Source of the DNA: an uncultured Carnobacteriaceae bacterium
Lineage (GTDB): Bacteria > Bacillota > Bacilli > Lactobacillales > Aerococcaceae
Direction: 5' to 3'
DNA: 64,000 nt
Assembly (NCBI GenBank): GCA_938039195.1
Contig: CALHVK010000115.1
Span: 4,882-68,881, forward strand
Of the stretch, positions 50,741 to 63,302 are shown one piece after another; within the stretch, counting starts at the first letter, position 1; each line of letters opens with the position of its first letter. Under the pieces are notes generated by a model. It did not search any database and had not been told where the DNA came from. It saw only the letters and a list, made by a program, of their open reading frames with translations. The position numbers and the translations under genes were made by a program.

Positions 50741-51838
50741 ATGAATATCGTTAGAACCAAAACAGGAGAGTTGATTCATGCCACACAAATTAAAGAAGAT
50801 GAAGTTTATTTTTGCCCGGAATGCGGAGAAGAAGTGACTAGGAAAGTTTCCAGAAATGGCGTCGTGTTCTTTTCACATATGCCTAAAAAACATCGTCAGG
50901 AAGAAACAATCGCACATCAAGAGGGGAAACATTTATTGCTGGAGAGTTTAAAGAGCCATGGATTTCATGCAGAACTCGAACCTTATATAGCATCTATTGA
51001 ACAAATCCCGGATATCGTCGTGACAGAGGAGAAACGTACGTGGTGCATCGAGTATCAATGCAGTGTGATTCCTACGGAAGAAATCGTGGAGCGAACACGA
51101 CATTTGGGAGAGATTGAAATGTCGGTTGACTGGGTTCTAGGGGAGAATTACGAGAGTCAGCATAAATTGACGGACACCTTTAGCTACTTAATGAAATACC
51201 ATCCACAACTTGGGAACTATCTGATTTTCTTTGTGAAGGGTGAGATGATTTTTCATACGCACATTAAGGTGAAACCTCGTTCGCAGCAGATAGCGTTTCA
51301 AGTCGTACGAGTGCCGCTTGTGGCCTTCTCATGGAAAAAATGGAGAAAGCTAGTCGAAGATTCTGTTCCAGTAAAAGCACACTTAAAGCCAGATGGTGCG
51401 ATAGAATGGACGCCAAGAGACACGATGCTCTTTAAGAAATTAGCCTCTCCGCTAACGAGGGCATTTCTTGTGAAGTTATATCGATGCAGGCAAACGCTTG
51501 AAGATTTGCCAAGCCGTTTCTTGACCTTTCCGATTTATGCAGAGACGTTTAAGGTACCCAATCTTGTCTGGAAAGGACATGCGTGGATCCTGTTGGAACA
51601 AATGGCTTACACAGGAGACGTCGAAATGATGGATTTTGTAAAGCGAGTGGGAGAAGTTTGGCGTCCGCTCATGCGCCCTGTTCCGAATCCTGAAAGCCAG
51701 ATGGAAGCCTGTCTCTGGGAGTTGTTAGATGAGCTTTTAGCCGACAAGAAAATAAAGCTAGGCTATCCAAAATCAAAAATGAACCGTTTGCAAAAGAAGG
51801 GTGATTTTGGTAAAATATTGGTGAGTGTAGAGGGATGA
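50741..51838 (+). CDS. coiA: Competence protein CoiA family
   Basis: YFCPEC...FSH...ET..H, QIPDI, IEYQCS, WVLG. Confidence 0.85.
   Translation: MNIVRTKTGELIHATQIKEDEVYFCPECGEEVTRKVSRNGVVFFSHMPKKHRQEETIAHQEGKHLLLESLKSHGFHAELEPYIASIEQIPDIVVTEEKRTWCIEYQCSVIPTEEIVERTRHLGEIEMSVDWVLGENYESQHKLTDTFSYLMKYHPQLGNYLIFFVKGEMIFHTHIKVKPRSQQIAFQVVRVPLVAFSWKKWRKLVEDSVPVKAHLKPDGAIEWTPRDTMLFKKLASPLTRAFLVKLYRCRQTLEDLPSRFLTFPIYAETFKVPNLVWKGHAWILLEQMAYTGDVEMMDFVKRVGEVWRPLMRPVPNPESQMEACLWELLDELLADKKIKLGYPKSKMNRLQKKGDFGKILVSVEG
51788..51816 (+). promoter_or_regulatory. SigA promoter for udp-deoC inside the coiA 3' end
   Basis: TTGCAA-17bp-TAAAAT with TG extension at 51808-51809. Confidence 0.65.
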
Positions 51839-52043
51839 AAAGGCAAATATAGATAATTATGGTAACTGTATATCCAATGATTTAATCCTTTCAACTATAC
51901 TTGCATCAGGCATTTATAGGCATAATTATTTGATGAAGATTTGTCATCATCCTCCTATCTGGGGCTATGGAAAAACCATGGCCCCTTCCTAGTTTGCTAG
52001 GGCAATATCAGGGCACGGTTAGTGCAAGGAAAGGAAGTTTTTC
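51823..52043 (+). ncRNA. Candidate structured cis-regulatory leader of udp-deoC
   Basis: Long interrupted hairpin 51828-51957, GC-rich hairpin 51961-51985 and two anti-SD segments. Confidence 0.5.
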
Positions 52044-52817
52044 ATGAAATATGCAGAAGAAGGATTACAATATCATATTCACACACGTAAAGGCGATGTC
52101 GGTCGTTATGTGATTTTACCAGGGGATCCAAAACGTTGTGCAAAAATCGCAGAACATTTTGAAGATGCAAAACTGGTGGCAGATAATCGCGAGTACGTGA
52201 CCTATACAGGTTATTTAGATGGAGAAAAAGTTAGTGTGACATCAACAGGGATTGGTGGACCATCTGCTGCAATCGCACTTGAAGAATTAGTGCGCAGTGG
52301 TGCAGATACATTTGTGCGTGTAGGAACTTGTGGTGGGATTGATGTTGACGTTAAAGGCGGCGATATCGTGATTGCGACAGGTGCGATTCGTACAGAAGGA
52401 ACAACACGTGAGTACGCACCAATCGAATTTCCAGCGATTGCCAACTACGATGTAGTAACAGCATTGTTAAAGGCTGGTAAAGACTTAGGTTACACAACAC
52501 ATGCAGGCGTTGTTCAATGTAAAGATTCTTTCTACGGACAACACGAACCACAAGTGATGCCAGTTAGCTATGACTTGCAAAACAAATGGGAAGCTTGGAA
52601 ACGTCTTGGCGTGAAGGCTTCTGAAATGGAATCTGCAGCATTGTTTGTTGTAGCAAGCCACTTAGGCGTTCGCGTTGGATCTACTTTCCTAGTAGTAGGA
52701 AACCAAGAACGTGAGGCAGCAGGATTATCAAACCCAATCGTTCACGATACAGAAGCAGCGATTAAAGTTGCCGTTGAAGCACTTCGTAACTTAATTAAGG
52801 AAGACCGCGCAAAATAG
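52044..52817 (+). CDS. udp: Uridine phosphorylase
   Basis: [39 protein letters not shown]. Confidence 0.93.
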   Translation: MKYAEEGLQYHIHTRKGDVGRYVILPGDPKRCAKIAEHFEDAKLVADNREYVTYTGYLDGEKVSVTSTGIGGPSAAIALEELVRSGADTFVRVGTCGGIDVDVKGGDIVIATGAIRTEGTTREYAPIEFPAIANYDVVTALLKAGKDLGYTTHAGVVQCKDSFYGQHEPQVMPVSYDLQNKWEAWKRLGVKASEMESAALFVVASHLGVRVGSTFLVVGNQEREAAGLSNPIVHDTEAAIKVAVEALRNLIKEDRAK

Positions 52818-52831
52818 GAAAGAGGGATTAT

Positions 52832-53503
52832 ATGGAAATCAAAGAAATCTTGAAAACAGTAGACCATACATTGCTATTGCCAGCATCAACTTGGAGCGAG
52901 ATTAAAGAGATTTTGGATGATGCGATGAAGTACGAAACAGCTTCAGCATGTATCCCAGCTTCTTTTGTCAAACGTGCTAGCGAATACGTGGATGGCAAAT
53001 TAGCAATTTGTACCGTTATCGGATTCCCAAACGGCTATAGCACAACAGCGACAAAAGTCTTCGAGGCAAAAGACGCTATCCAAAATGGGGCAAAAGAAAT
53101 TGATATGGTCATTAATATTGGAGATGTGAAAGACGGACGTTTTGATGTAGTCGAAGATGAAATTCGTCAAATTCATGAAGCATGTAATGGTCATATTTTA
53201 AAAGTCATTATCGAAACAGCGCTTCTTACAGAAGAAGAAATCATCAAAATGTGCGAAGTTGTGACAAAAGCAGGTGCGGAATTCATCAAGACTTCAACAG
53301 GTTTCTCAACAGCTGGTGCAACATTTGAGCACGTAGCATTAATGAAGAAACACGTTGGCGAAGGCGTTCTTGTGAAGGCTGCTGGTGGGATTTCTAGCAT
53401 TGAAGATGCAGAAAAATTCATCGAATTAGGAGCGAGTCGTCTTGGAACAAGTCGGATTGTGAAAATCGTGAAGAATCAATCAGTAGAAGAGGGCACGTAT
53501 TAG
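52832..53503 (+). CDS. deoC: Deoxyribose-phosphate aldolase
   Basis: [38 protein letters not shown]. Confidence 0.96.
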   Translation: MEIKEILKTVDHTLLLPASTWSEIKEILDDAMKYETASACIPASFVKRASEYVDGKLAICTVIGFPNGYSTTATKVFEAKDAIQNGAKEIDMVINIGDVKDGRFDVVEDEIRQIHEACNGHILKVIIETALLTEEEIIKMCEVVTKAGAEFIKTSTGFSTAGATFEHVALMKKHVGEGVLVKAAGGISSIEDAEKFIELGASRLGTSRIVKIVKNQSVEEGTY

Positions 53504-53549
53504 TCCCAAAAAACTAGATAAAATCTAAATTTCCCAAGTGTTGTCGACC

Positions 53550-53578
53550 TTGACGATGCTTGGGATTTTGTGTATAAT
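53550..53578 (+). promoter_or_regulatory. rpoBC promoter
   Basis: TTGACG-17bp-TATAAT, embedded in the right arm of the hairpin downstream of deoC. Confidence 0.75.
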
Positions 53579-53590
53579 AATATAACGCAA

Positions 53591-53641
53591 TAAGTGTGGA
53601 TTTTAATCGATGTGAGGGTTGAAATATTGTCCAATTCCTTA
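53591..53641 (+). ncRNA. Probable Lacto-rpoB leader RNA motif
   Basis: Hairpin TTTTAATC-GATGTGAG-GGTTGAAA with outer TGGA/TCCA and TAAG/CTTA pairs at the start of a long rpoB 5' UTR; family assignment from memory. Confidence 0.6.
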
Positions 53642-53811
53642 CAAATAAAGGCTTAAAACAAAAGAATTTGCATTTTTCACAAATGACAGCAAACAATTCT
53701 TTTGGTTTTTTTTTGTTTAAAAATCGACCGAAATCTCCATTTGTTACGAACTTTTAATAAATGTCATCAAAATGTAACATTTATCAATACTAATTATTAG
53801 GGGTGGAAGAG

Positions 53812-56800
53812 TTGGCACATCATGATGTGAAATACGGTAGACACCGTGTGCGTAGAAGTTATGCACGAATCAGTGAAGTATTAGAATTACCTAATCTGAT
53901 TGAAATCCAAACAGATTCTTACCAATGGTTCTTAGATGAAGGTATCCGTGAAATGTTCAAGGATATTTCTCCAATCGAAGACCACACTGGTAACTTATCA
54001 TTGGAATTCTTAGATTATGAATTACATGCTCCAAAATATAACTTACAAGAAGCTAGAAATCACGACGCAAATTACGCGGCTCCAATATACGTGAAAATGC
54101 GTTTAGTGAACAAAGAAACTGGCGAAGTGAAAGACCAAGAAGTATTCTTCGGTGACTTCCCATTAATGACTGAAATGGGTACATTTATCATTAATGGTGC
54201 AGAACGTGTAATTGTATCTCAATTAGTTCGTTCTCCAGGTGCTTATTTCCATGACAGACCTGACAAAAACGGTAAACAATTATATGGTTCAACATTAATT
54301 CCAAACCGTGGTGCATGGTTAGAGTATGAAACAGACTCAAAAGACATTTCTTATGTGCGTATCGACCGTACTCGTAAAATCCCATTAACGGTATTAGTTC
54401 GTGCGTTAGGTTTCGGTTCAGATGACCTTATCCAAGAAATCTTCGGGGATAGCGAAACATTACGTTTAACATTAGATAAAGATGTTCATAAACGTATGGA
54501 TGAATCTCGTACAGAAGAAGCATTAAAAGACATTTATGATCGTCTACGTCCGGGTGAACCAAAAACAGCTGAAAGTTCACGTAACTTATTAACAGCTCGT
54601 TTCTTCGACCCACGCCGCTATGACTTAGCTGCAGTAGGACGCTACAAAGTAAACAAAAAATTACATCTTAAAAATCGCTTATTACACCAAACAATCGCTG
54701 AGAATTTAGTGGATCCTGAAACAGGAGAAATCGTTGTTGAAAAAGGAACTGTTCTTGAACGCGATGTAATGGAAAAAGTAGTAGAAGTACTTGAAAAAGG
54801 TGCGAACCTATTCACTTTACATCCATCAGAAGACGGTGTAATCAAAGAGCCAGTAACGATTCAATCAGTTGAGATTTATGCTCCAAATGATGCAGAACGC
54901 GTGATTAAAGTCATCGGTAACGGAAACGTAGCTGAAGATGTGAAACACGTAACTGCAAGCGACATTATCGCAACAATCAGTTACTTCTTAAACCTTTACG
55001 AGGGAATCGGAACAACAGACGATATCGACCACTTAGGAAATCGTCGTATCCGTTCAGTAGGGGAATTGTTACAAAACCAATTCCGTATCGGTTTATCTCG
55101 TATGGAACGTGTGGTTCGCGAACGTATGTCTATCCAAGACACTGCAACAGTGACACCACAACAATTAGTAAACATTCGTCCAGTAGTTGCGGCAATTAAA
55201 GAGTTCTTCGGATCTTCTCAATTATCACAATTCATGGACCAAACAAACCCATTAGGAGAGTTAACACACAAACGCCGTCTATCAGCGTTAGGACCTGGTG
55301 GTTTGACTCGTGACCGTGCCGGCTATGAAGTTCGTGACGTTCACTATTCTCACTATGGCCGTATGTGTCCTATTGAAACTCCTGAGGGACCAAACATCGG
55401 GTTGATCAACAGCTTATCAACATATGCGAAGATCAACAAATATGGTTTCATCGAAACTCCATACCGTCGTGTAGACTGGAACACTCATAAAGTTACAGAT
55501 AAAATCGACTACTTAACAGCTGACGAAGAAGATAGCTTCGTAGTAGCGCAAGCCAACTCTCCATTAAATGAAGACGGAAGCTTCGTGAACGATGTTGTTA
55601 TGGCGCGTTACGTATCTGAAAACTTAGAAGTACCAGTTGAACGAGTTGACTACATGGACGTTTCTCCAAAACAAGTAGTTGCAGTTGCGACAGCATGTAT
55701 TCCGTTCTTAGAAAACGACGACTCAAACCGTGCGTTGATGGGTGCGAACATGCAACGTCAAGCTGTTCCATTGTTAAATCCAAAAGCACCATTCATCGGT
55801 ACAGGTATGGAATACGTATCTGCGCATGACTCAGGGGTTGCCTTGTTATGTAAACGTGATGGTGTTGTCGAATTCGTAGATGCTAAAGAAGTACGTGTAC
55901 GTACAGCTGAAGGCACATTAGATACTTACCAAATCACTAAGTTCCACGGATCAAACGCGGGTATGTGTTACAACCAACGTCCAATCGTGGCACAAGGGGA
56001 TAAAGTAGTTAAAGGCGAAATCCTAGCAGACGGACCTTCTATGGAAAAAGGTGAATTAGCATTAGGACAAAACGTTCTAGTAGCGTTCATGACTTGGGAA
56101 GGTTACAACTACGAGGATGCGGTTATCATGAGTGAACGTCTAGTAAAAGACGATGTGTATACATCAATCCACATCGACGACTACGATTCAGAAGCTCGTG
56201 ATACAAAACTTGGACCTGAAGAAATTACTCGTGAAATTCCAAACGTTGGGGAAGACGCATTGAAGAACCTTGACGCTGACGGAATTATCCGTATCGGTGC
56301 CGAAGTTAAAGATGGTGACATCTTAGTCGGTAAAGTAACTCCTAAAGGGTTAACAGAACAATCACCAGAAGAACGTTTATTACACGCAATCTTCGGTGAA
56401 AAAGCTCGTGAAGTTCGTGACACGTCTCTACGTGTACCTCACGGCGGTGGCGGTATTGTCCGCGATGTACGTGTGTTCACACGTGCAGCAGGTGATGAAT
56501 TAGCACCTGGCGTAAACAAATTAGTTCGTGTATATATTGTACAAAAACGTAAAATCAATGAAGGGGATAAGATGGCCGGACGTCACGGTAATAAAGGGGT
56601 TGTTTCCCGTATTATGCCGGAAGAAGATATGCCATTCTTACCAGATGGAACACCAGTTGACATCATGTTAAACCCATTAGGGGTACCTTCACGTATGAAC
56701 ATCGGACAAGTGTTAGAGTTACACTTAGGGATGGCTGCTCGTGAATTAGGTATTTACATCGCAACACCAGTATTCGATGGTGCGCAAGATGAAGACGTAT

Positions 56801-57453
56801 GGGGAACTGTTGCAGAAGCGGGTATGGCTCGTGATGCGAAAACAATTCTATATGATGGACGTACAGGGGAACCATTCGATAACCGTGTGTCAGTAGGGGT
56901 TATGTACATGATCAAACTTGCCCACATGGTTGACGACAAACTTCACGCTCGTTCAATTGGACCATACTCACTAGTTACACAACAACCTCTTGGAGGTAAA
57001 GCGCAATTTGGTGGACAACGTTTCGGGGAAATGGAAGTATGGGCACTGGAAGCTTATGGTGCTGCTTATACATTACAAGAAATCCTAACGTACAAATCAG
57101 ATGACGTTGTTGGTCGTGTGAAGACTTACGAATCAATCGTTAAAGGTCAACAAATTTCACGTCCAGGTGTACCTGAATCATTCCGCGTATTAGTAAAAGA
57201 ATTACAAGCTTTAGGTCTTGATATGAAAGTACTTGACGCACAAGATGAAGAAATCAAACTTGAAGATATGGACGAAGACGAAGGAATTCGTTTCAGTGAC
57301 GTTGAAAGAACAAATGATAGACGTGCTCAATTAGATGAGTATTCTGATCGTGCAGCTGAATTATCAGCAGCAGAAGAAGCAGCTGACGCAGCTGAAGAAG
57401 ATGCAGCCGATGTAGAAGACGTTGAAGACAATTTTGATACTGACGAAGAGTAA
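53812..57453 (+). CDS. rpoB: DNA-directed RNA polymerase subunit beta (TTG 53812; alternative GTG 53803)
   Basis: [33 protein letters not shown]. Confidence 0.99.
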   Translation: MAHHDVKYGRHRVRRSYARISEVLELPNLIEIQTDSYQWFLDEGIREMFKDISPIEDHTGNLSLEFLDYELHAPKYNLQEARNHDANYAAPIYVKMRLVNKETGEVKDQEVFFGDFPLMTEMGTFIINGAERVIVSQLVRSPGAYFHDRPDKNGKQLYGSTLIPNRGAWLEYETDSKDISYVRIDRTRKIPLTVLVRALGFGSDDLIQEIFGDSETLRLTLDKDVHKRMDESRTEEALKDIYDRLRPGEPKTAESSRNLLTARFFDPRRYDLAAVGRYKVNKKLHLKNRLLHQTIAENLVDPETGEIVVEKGTVLERDVMEKVVEVLEKGANLFTLHPSEDGVIKEPVTIQSVEIYAPNDAERVIKVIGNGNVAEDVKHVTASDIIATISYFLNLYEGIGTTDDIDHLGNRRIRSVGELLQNQFRIGLSRMERVVRERMSIQDTATVTPQQLVNIRPVVAAIKEFFGSSQLSQFMDQTNPLGELTHKRRLSALGPGGLTRDRAGYEVRDVHYSHYGRMCPIETPEGPNIGLINSLSTYAKINKYGFIETPYRRVDWNTHKVTDKIDYLTADEEDSFVVAQANSPLNEDGSFVNDVVMARYVSENLEVPVERVDYMDVSPKQVVAVATACIPFLENDDSNRALMGANMQRQAVPLLNPKAPFIGTGMEYVSAHDSGVALLCKRDGVVEFVDAKEVRVRTAEGTLDTYQITKFHGSNAGMCYNQRPIVAQGDKVVKGEILADGPSMEKGELALGQNVLVAFMTWEGYNYEDAVIMSERLVKDDVYTSIHIDDYDSEARDTKLGPEEITREIPNVGEDALKNLDADGIIRIGAEVKDGDILVGKVTPKGLTEQSPEERLLHAIFGEKAREVRDTSLRVPHGGGGIVRDVRVFTRAAGDELAPGVNKLVRVYIVQKRKINEGDKMAGRHGNKGVVSRIMPEEDMPFLPDGTPVDIMLNPLGVPSRMNIGQVLELHLGMAARELGIYIATPVFDGAQDEDVWGTVAEAGMARDAKTILYDGRTGEPFDNRVSVGVMYMIKLAHMVDDKLHARSIGPYSLVTQQPLGGKAQFGGQRFGEMEVWALEAYGAAYTLQEILTYKSDDVVGRVKTYESIVKGQQISRPGVPESFRVLVKELQALGLDMKVLDAQDEEIKLEDMDEDEGIRFSDVERTNDRRAQLDEYSDRAAELSAAEEAADAAEEDAADVEDVEDNFDTDEE

Positions 57454-57504
57454 TAGAACTATTGGAATCGTAGGGCAATTCCAAAAGAAAGGGAGGTAGG
57501 CCCC

Positions 57505-60500
57505 TTGATAGATGTAAATAATTTTGAAAGTATGCAGATTGGGTTAGCTTCTCCGGAGAAAATCCGTGAGTGGTCACATGGTGAAGTTACAAAACCAGAA
57601 ACAATCAACTACCGTACTTTAAAACCAGAACGCGATGGTTTATTCTGTGAGAAAATCTTTGGACCAACAAAAGACTTAGAATGTTCTTGTGGAAAATTAA
57701 AGAAAATCAACAACAAAGGGAAAGTCTGCGATCGTTGTGGCGTTGAAGTAACGCGCTCAAAAGTTCGTCGTGAACGTATGGGACACATCGAATTAGCAGC
57801 TCCAGTATCACACGTGTGGTACTTCAAAGGTATTCCAAGCCGCATGGGACTTGTGTTAGACATGAGTCCACGTGCGTTGGAAGAAGTCATTTATTTTGCA
57901 AGCTACGTTGTTATCGACGCTGGCGACACAACATTAATGAACAAACAATTATTAACTGAACGTGAATACCGTGAAAAACGTGCAGAATTCGGAACTCGTT
58001 TCCACGCTGCAATGGGTGCGGAAGCCGTTCAAGAGTTATTAAACAATGTTGACTTAGACGCTGAAATCGCTGAATTAAAAGAAGAGTTGAAAACAGCTCA
58101 AGGTCAAAAACGTACTCGTGCAATCCGTCGTTTAGACATTTTAGATGCCTTCAAAGAATCAGGAAACAAACCTGGTTGGATGGTAATGGATGTTATTCCA
58201 GTTATCCCACCAGATTTACGTCCAATGGTTCAATTAGAAGGTGGACGTTTTGCAACAAGTGACTTAAACGATTTATACCGTCGTGTGATTAACCGTAATA
58301 ACCGTCTAAAACGTTTATTAGAATTAAACGCACCTCGTATCATCGTTCAAAACGAAAAACGTATGTTACAAGAAGCAGTGGATGCTTTAATCGATAATGG
58401 TCGTCGTGGTCGTCCAGTTACTGGACCAGGTAACCGTCCATTGAAATCATTAAGCCACATGCTTAAAGGGAAACAAGGTCGTTTCCGTCAAAACCTACTT
58501 GGTAAACGTGTAGACTACTCTGGACGTTCTGTAATCGTAGTAGGACCAAACTTGAAGATGTACCAATGTGGTCTTCCTAAAGAAATGGCGATTGAATTAT
58601 TCAAACCTTTCGTAATGAAAGAATTAGTGGAACGTGAAATCGCTGGAAACATCAAGAGCGCTAAACGTAAAATTGAACGTTTAGATGACGATATTTGGGG
58701 AATCCTTGAAGAAGTAATTCGTGAACACCCAGTTCTATTGAACCGTGCACCTACACTTCACAGATTAGGGATTCAAGCGTTCGAACCAACTCTAGTAGAA
58801 GGTCGTGCCATCCGTCTTCACCCACTTGTGTGTGAAGCCTACAATGCCGACTTCGACGGAGACCAAATGGCGGTTCACGTACCATTATCTCAAGAAGCTC
58901 AAGCTGAAGCGCGCTTATTAATGTTAGCGGCTCAAAACATCCTAAACCCTAAAGATGGTAAACCAGTAGTTACACCATCTCAAGACATGGTTTTAGGGAA
59001 CTATTACTTAACAATGGAACAAGAAGGCCGTGTTGGTGAAGGTATGTTCTTCAAAGACATGGACGAAGCAATCTTGGCTTACAACAATGGATACGTTCAT
59101 TTACACAGCCGTATTGCGATTCCAGCAAGCTCGCTTCCAGATAAACCATTTACTGATTGGCAAAAAGAGAGAATGATGGTAACGACTGTTGGTAAATTAT
59201 TATTCAACGAAATCATGCCAAACGAATTCCCTTATTTAAATGAGCCAACAATGGAAAACTTAGAAGTAGCTACACCAGATAAATACTTCTTAGAACCAGG
59301 GGCAAACATTAAAGAAGAAATCGCTAAACGCGAAATCGTTTCTCCATTCAAGAAGAAAAACTTAGGTCAAATCATCGCCGAAGTGTTCAAACGATTCCAT
59401 ATCACTGAAACTTCAATGATGTTAGACCGTATGAAAGACTTAGGATATAAATTCTCAACTCGTGCTGGTTTAACAGTAGGGATTGCAGATATTTCAGTTG
59501 CGGACAACAAGAAAGAAATTCTTGAAGAAGCACATAAACAAGTCGACAACATCTCTAAATTATTCCGTCGTGGTTTAATTACAGATGATGAACGTTATGA
59601 ACGTGTTATCGAAACATGGAACAAAGCGAAAGATGATATCCAAAAAGCGTTAATTCGCACATTAGGTTCTCGTAACCCAATCTTCATGATGAGTGATTCT
59701 GGAGCCCGTGGTAACATCTCTAACTTTACTCAGCTTGCTGGTATGCGTGGTCTTATGGCCGCTCCTAACGGTAAGATCATGGAATTACCGGTAACATCAA
59801 ACTTCCGTGAAGGGTTAACCGTTATGGAAATGTTCTTGTCTACTCACGGTGCTCGTAAAGGGATGACCGATACGGCCTTGAAGACAGCCGACTCAGGTTA
59901 CTTAACTCGTCGTTTAGTAGACGTTGCGCAAGATGTGATCATTCGTGAAACAGACTGCGGAAGCGATCGAGGTTTAACAATTACTGCGATTAAAGAAGGA
60001 AATGAAGTCATTGAAACACTTGAAGAACGTATGTTAGGACGTTACGCACAACGTTCAGTGAAACATCCTGAAACAGGTGAAGTGTTAGTAGCACGCAATG
60101 AAATCATTACTGAAGATATTGCTCGTAAGATTGTTGAAGCTGGAATTGAAGAAATTACAATTCGTTCAGCCTTCACATGTGATACAAAACATGGGGTATG
60201 TAAATACTGTTATGGACGTAACTTAGCTACAGGTTCAGAAGTTGAAGTTGGGGAAGCAGTTGGTACAATTGCCGCTCAATCAATCGGGGAACCTGGTACA
60301 CAGTTAACAATGCGTACGTTCCATACCGGTGGGGTTGCCGGAGACGATATTACTCAAGGTTTACCTCGTATCCAAGAAATCTTCGAAGCGCGTAATCCTA
60401 AAGGGGTTGCGACAATCAGTGAAGTAGCGGGTGAAGTAGTTTCTATCGAAGAAAATGCTGGAAGTCGTACAAAAGAAATTACGATCAAAGGTTCTACAGA

Positions 60501-61149
60501 TACTCGTACTTATACAGTTCCATTTACAGCTCGTCTAAAAGTGGAAGAAGGACAAATCATCGATCGTGGTGCTCCGTTAACAGAAGGTTCTATCGATCCT
60601 AAAGAATTATTACGTGTTCGTGACGTATTATCAGTTGAAAACTACTTATTACGTGAAGTACAAAAAGTATACCGTATGCAAGGGGTAGAAATCGGCGATA
60701 AACACGTTGAGGTAATGGTTCGTCAAATGTTACGTAAAGTTCGCGTAATGGATCCAGGTTCAACAGAAATCCTTCCAGGAACATTACTTGATATTGCAGA
60801 CTTTACAGAACGTAACCGCTCTGCAATCATGAACGGTGAAGTGCCTGCGACAGCTCGTCCTGTATTATTAGGTATTACAAAAGCTTCATTAGAAACAAAC
60901 AGCTTCTTGTCTGCTGCATCATTCCAAGAAACAACTCGTGTCTTGACAGATGCTTCTATCCGCGGCAAGAAAGACCACTTACTAGGATTGAAAGAAAATG
61001 TTATCATCGGTAAGATCATCCCTGCTGGTACAGGTATGGCTCGTTACCGCAATATGGAAACAAGTACTTCAGAACCAGTATTACCAGTGGAACAAACAGA
61101 AGGTTTAGTTGGTGAACCAGCAACTTCTGAAGAAGACACAAATGAATAA
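57505..61149 (+). CDS. rpoC: DNA-directed RNA polymerase subunit beta' (TTG start)
   Basis: NADFDGD, zinc-binding Cys motifs, TQLTMRTFH. Confidence 0.99.
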   Translation: MIDVNNFESMQIGLASPEKIREWSHGEVTKPETINYRTLKPERDGLFCEKIFGPTKDLECSCGKLKKINNKGKVCDRCGVEVTRSKVRRERMGHIELAAPVSHVWYFKGIPSRMGLVLDMSPRALEEVIYFASYVVIDAGDTTLMNKQLLTEREYREKRAEFGTRFHAAMGAEAVQELLNNVDLDAEIAELKEELKTAQGQKRTRAIRRLDILDAFKESGNKPGWMVMDVIPVIPPDLRPMVQLEGGRFATSDLNDLYRRVINRNNRLKRLLELNAPRIIVQNEKRMLQEAVDALIDNGRRGRPVTGPGNRPLKSLSHMLKGKQGRFRQNLLGKRVDYSGRSVIVVGPNLKMYQCGLPKEMAIELFKPFVMKELVEREIAGNIKSAKRKIERLDDDIWGILEEVIREHPVLLNRAPTLHRLGIQAFEPTLVEGRAIRLHPLVCEAYNADFDGDQMAVHVPLSQEAQAEARLLMLAAQNILNPKDGKPVVTPSQDMVLGNYYLTMEQEGRVGEGMFFKDMDEAILAYNNGYVHLHSRIAIPASSLPDKPFTDWQKERMMVTTVGKLLFNEIMPNEFPYLNEPTMENLEVATPDKYFLEPGANIKEEIAKREIVSPFKKKNLGQIIAEVFKRFHITETSMMLDRMKDLGYKFSTRAGLTVGIADISVADNKKEILEEAHKQVDNISKLFRRGLITDDERYERVIETWNKAKDDIQKALIRTLGSRNPIFMMSDSGARGNISNFTQLAGMRGLMAAPNGKIMELPVTSNFREGLTVMEMFLSTHGARKGMTDTALKTADSGYLTRRLVDVAQDVIIRETDCGSDRGLTITAIKEGNEVIETLEERMLGRYAQRSVKHPETGEVLVARNEIITEDIARKIVEAGIEEITIRSAFTCDTKHGVCKYCYGRNLATGSEVEVGEAVGTIAAQSIGEPGTQLTMRTFHTGGVAGDDITQGLPRIQEIFEARNPKGVATISEVAGEVVSIEENAGSRTKEITIKGSTDTRTYTVPFTARLKVEEGQIIDRGAPLTEGSIDPKELLRVRDVLSVENYLLREVQKVYRMQGVEIGDKHVEVMVRQMLRKVRVMDPGSTEILPGTLLDIADFTERNRSAIMNGEVPATARPVLLGITKASLETNSFLSAASFQETTRVLTDASIRGKKDHLLGLKENVIIGKIIPAGTGMARYRNMETSTSEPVLPVEQTEGLVGEPATSEEDTNE

Positions 61150-61163
61150 TCTGTGAATTCACG

Positions 61164-61195
61164 CACCCTATTGATGGTTCAATAGGGTGTTTTTT
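61164..61195 (+). terminator. Intrinsic terminator after rpoC
   Basis: CACCCTATTGA/TCAATAGGGTG stem plus T run. Confidence 0.88.
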
Positions 61196-61276
61196 CTTCG
61201 ATTATTCATAAAAGGTTTCTTTGAAGTTCTAACAAAATAGTGTATAATAGCGGAAACTTAAGAATGGAGTGAAAAA

Positions 61277-61915
61277 ATGAAAAAAACAACAAAAATCTTA
61301 AGTCTTGCAGCCGCAAGCTTATTAGCCGCTTGTTCAAACCAAGCTGCACCAGCAAAAGAAACTACGACTGCTGCTCCTGAAACAACAGTGCAACAGACAA
61401 CGCAAGCTCCTGCTACAAATGTGACAGCCACTACAAGTATAGCCAATACACCTACTACTTCAAGTGCAGTGACAAGTTCTAGTCAGTCTATCGGAAGTCA
61501 AAATGCAATGCAGAAAGAATTGATTGATGCGTTCCAAAAAGCTTATCCTGATTTGGATATAACAAAAATTGAACTTGTTTATGGCACATACTATGAAGTG
61601 GAAGCAATGAATAGTACAACTGAGTTTACATATCGATATGATCAAAATTCCAAAACTTTTATTCTAGCAGAACAAGATAACGCAGATCCTAATGAACATA
61701 ATGTAAAAAAATTGGATCTTCCTAGTTTAAAACAAGTTGATGATATGATTGCTATTGCGCAAAAAGCATTTTCAACTGGTGTTCTTCGTGAGTGGAGTGT
61801 TGATAAGGATCATGGGGATATTATTTGGGAGTTTGAATTTCTTGAAAGTAACGGGAACGATGTTACGGTAAAAGTTTCAAACTCAACAGGGCAAGTTTTA
61901 GAAATTGATCGATAA
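61277..61915 (+). CDS. Lipoprotein with Thr/Ser/Ala-rich linker and two PepSY-like domains
   Basis: Lipobox LAAC; ITKIEL..YEVE and IAIAQK..EWSVD..WEFEF..VSNSTGQVL PepSY pattern. Confidence 0.72.
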   Translation: MKKTTKILSLAAASLLAACSNQAAPAKETTTAAPETTVQQTTQAPATNVTATTSIANTPTTSSAVTSSSQSIGSQNAMQKELIDAFQKAYPDLDITKIELVYGTYYEVEAMNSTTEFTYRYDQNSKTFILAEQDNADPNEHNVKKLDLPSLKQVDDMIAIAQKAFSTGVLREWSVDKDHGDIIWEFEFLESNGNDVTVKVSNSTGQVLEIDR

Positions 61916-62222
61916 GATGTATTCTGTACCCCGTCAAGGATTGGTTTTCCAATGCTTGGCGGGATATTTTTATGCTTAAAATGATAAGAAAGAGCCCGAA
62001 AAAAGATTAAGAAAATATTAAGAGTTTTGAAAAGTTGAAAAAATAAATCATTAAAAAAACGAATTAATTCATTGGATAGTGGGAAAAAGGATTTATAGGT
62101 GGAATTAAATCATTTAAAAGCGACAAATATATAATATTTTAAATAAAAAATAAAACCGCTATCAAATTTATGTGATTGGTAGTATAATAAAAATGAATAA
62201 AAGAAAGATTGGGGTAGTGTAT

Positions 62223-63302
62223 ATGAGTCAGGAATTGTACCAAAGTATACCGTTGCTATTTAAGCTCGTAAAAAAGCAAACAGAACTCAAAAATGCTGCC
62301 TTTGCTTTTCAGAATAAACGAGGAGCAGTGAAGTTTTTCTTTTTAATTGAACGTGATGAACAGCAAGATTTACGTTTATTATTCTTCAAAAACGAAGAAG
62401 AACTTGTTCGTTATCGACTCTCAGAACGACTGGTAACCATGTCGGACGAGGTGGTCGGAGAGGAACGGACCGAAGCGTTTTGGTTTAGAAAAGGCATCGA
62501 AATTCAGTTTTCAAAACGTGCGGATTTTGATGAAGAGGAAATCGAATACTTGAAGCAAAAGGGGTATCCTGTGAAAGGTGCCAGAGAATTGCCAATGATT
62601 TCGAGCTTCAATGAACCATTTGATCTATTCGCAGACTTAAAGAAGTCAGAAGTACAGTTTGTGCTACGCGTGAGTGATATTCTCTTGCAAGAGGGCAACT
62701 GGAAGGAACTTTTGAAGGCTGCTAGTATTCTCGACCAAGAAGACGCGGATTGCTATGCTGTTCTCGAATATAATCAAAAAACAAAGGCTGTAAAGTCGCT
62801 TGATATCACGCGTAAGGAAATCAGCTTCGATAAGATTGCTGAATTGAAGCCATTCTTCCAAGTGAAACCTGAACCCATTGCGGTCAGTGATTTCTCGCTC
62901 TTACGTGCAAAGAAGGCGATTCAAGGCATCTTATCAGAAAGCTTTGAGATCCAGTTGACATTGTCGCCAATTGCGGCCATGGGATTTTATAAGACAGGTG
63001 CGTTTATGCTGGCGATTGCCGATGAGCGTGAAATCATCTTCTTACAGGAAACAGATTTAGATACAAAAGCGATTCAGAATTATATTTTAGAACTCATTAT
63101 GATGATGGAGGCTGTGCCGCTTCGCTTTATTACAAGTGGACCATTTGCCATGAGACTCTCGAATATGGTCGATCAGCTCTTAAAACGACTTGGAACGGAT
63201 ATTGTTATCTTGGATGAATTGCCAACGATGAACCGTTACTCAAGCCTTGCGAAAATGGATCTTCTATTATCGCAAAATGATATTGATAATCTTCTCTTTT
63301 AA
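62223..63302 (+). CDS. Hypothetical protein (~359 aa)
   Basis: Long ORF; ATG 62223 follows GGGGT with upstream TATAAT; no motif I can name with confidence. Confidence 0.75.
   Translation: MSQELYQSIPLLFKLVKKQTELKNAAFAFQNKRGAVKFFFLIERDEQQDLRLLFFKNEEELVRYRLSERLVTMSDEVVGEERTEAFWFRKGIEIQFSKRADFDEEEIEYLKQKGYPVKGARELPMISSFNEPFDLFADLKKSEVQFVLRVSDILLQEGNWKELLKAASILDQEDADCYAVLEYNQKTKAVKSLDITRKEISFDKIAELKPFFQVKPEPIAVSDFSLLRAKKAIQGILSESFEIQLTLSPIAAMGFYKTGAFMLAIADEREIIFLQETDLDTKAIQNYILELIMMMEAVPLRFITSGPFAMRLSNMVDQLLKRLGTDIVILDELPTMNRYSSLAKMDLLLSQNDIDNLLF

Noticed and set aside
51823..51985. 6S RNA or SRP RNA as the identity of the udp leader
   Set aside because: No SRP GGAA-tetraloop domain IV motif; the rod is only about 135 nt with a large apical loop rather than a 6S central bubble (a cmscan would settle it)
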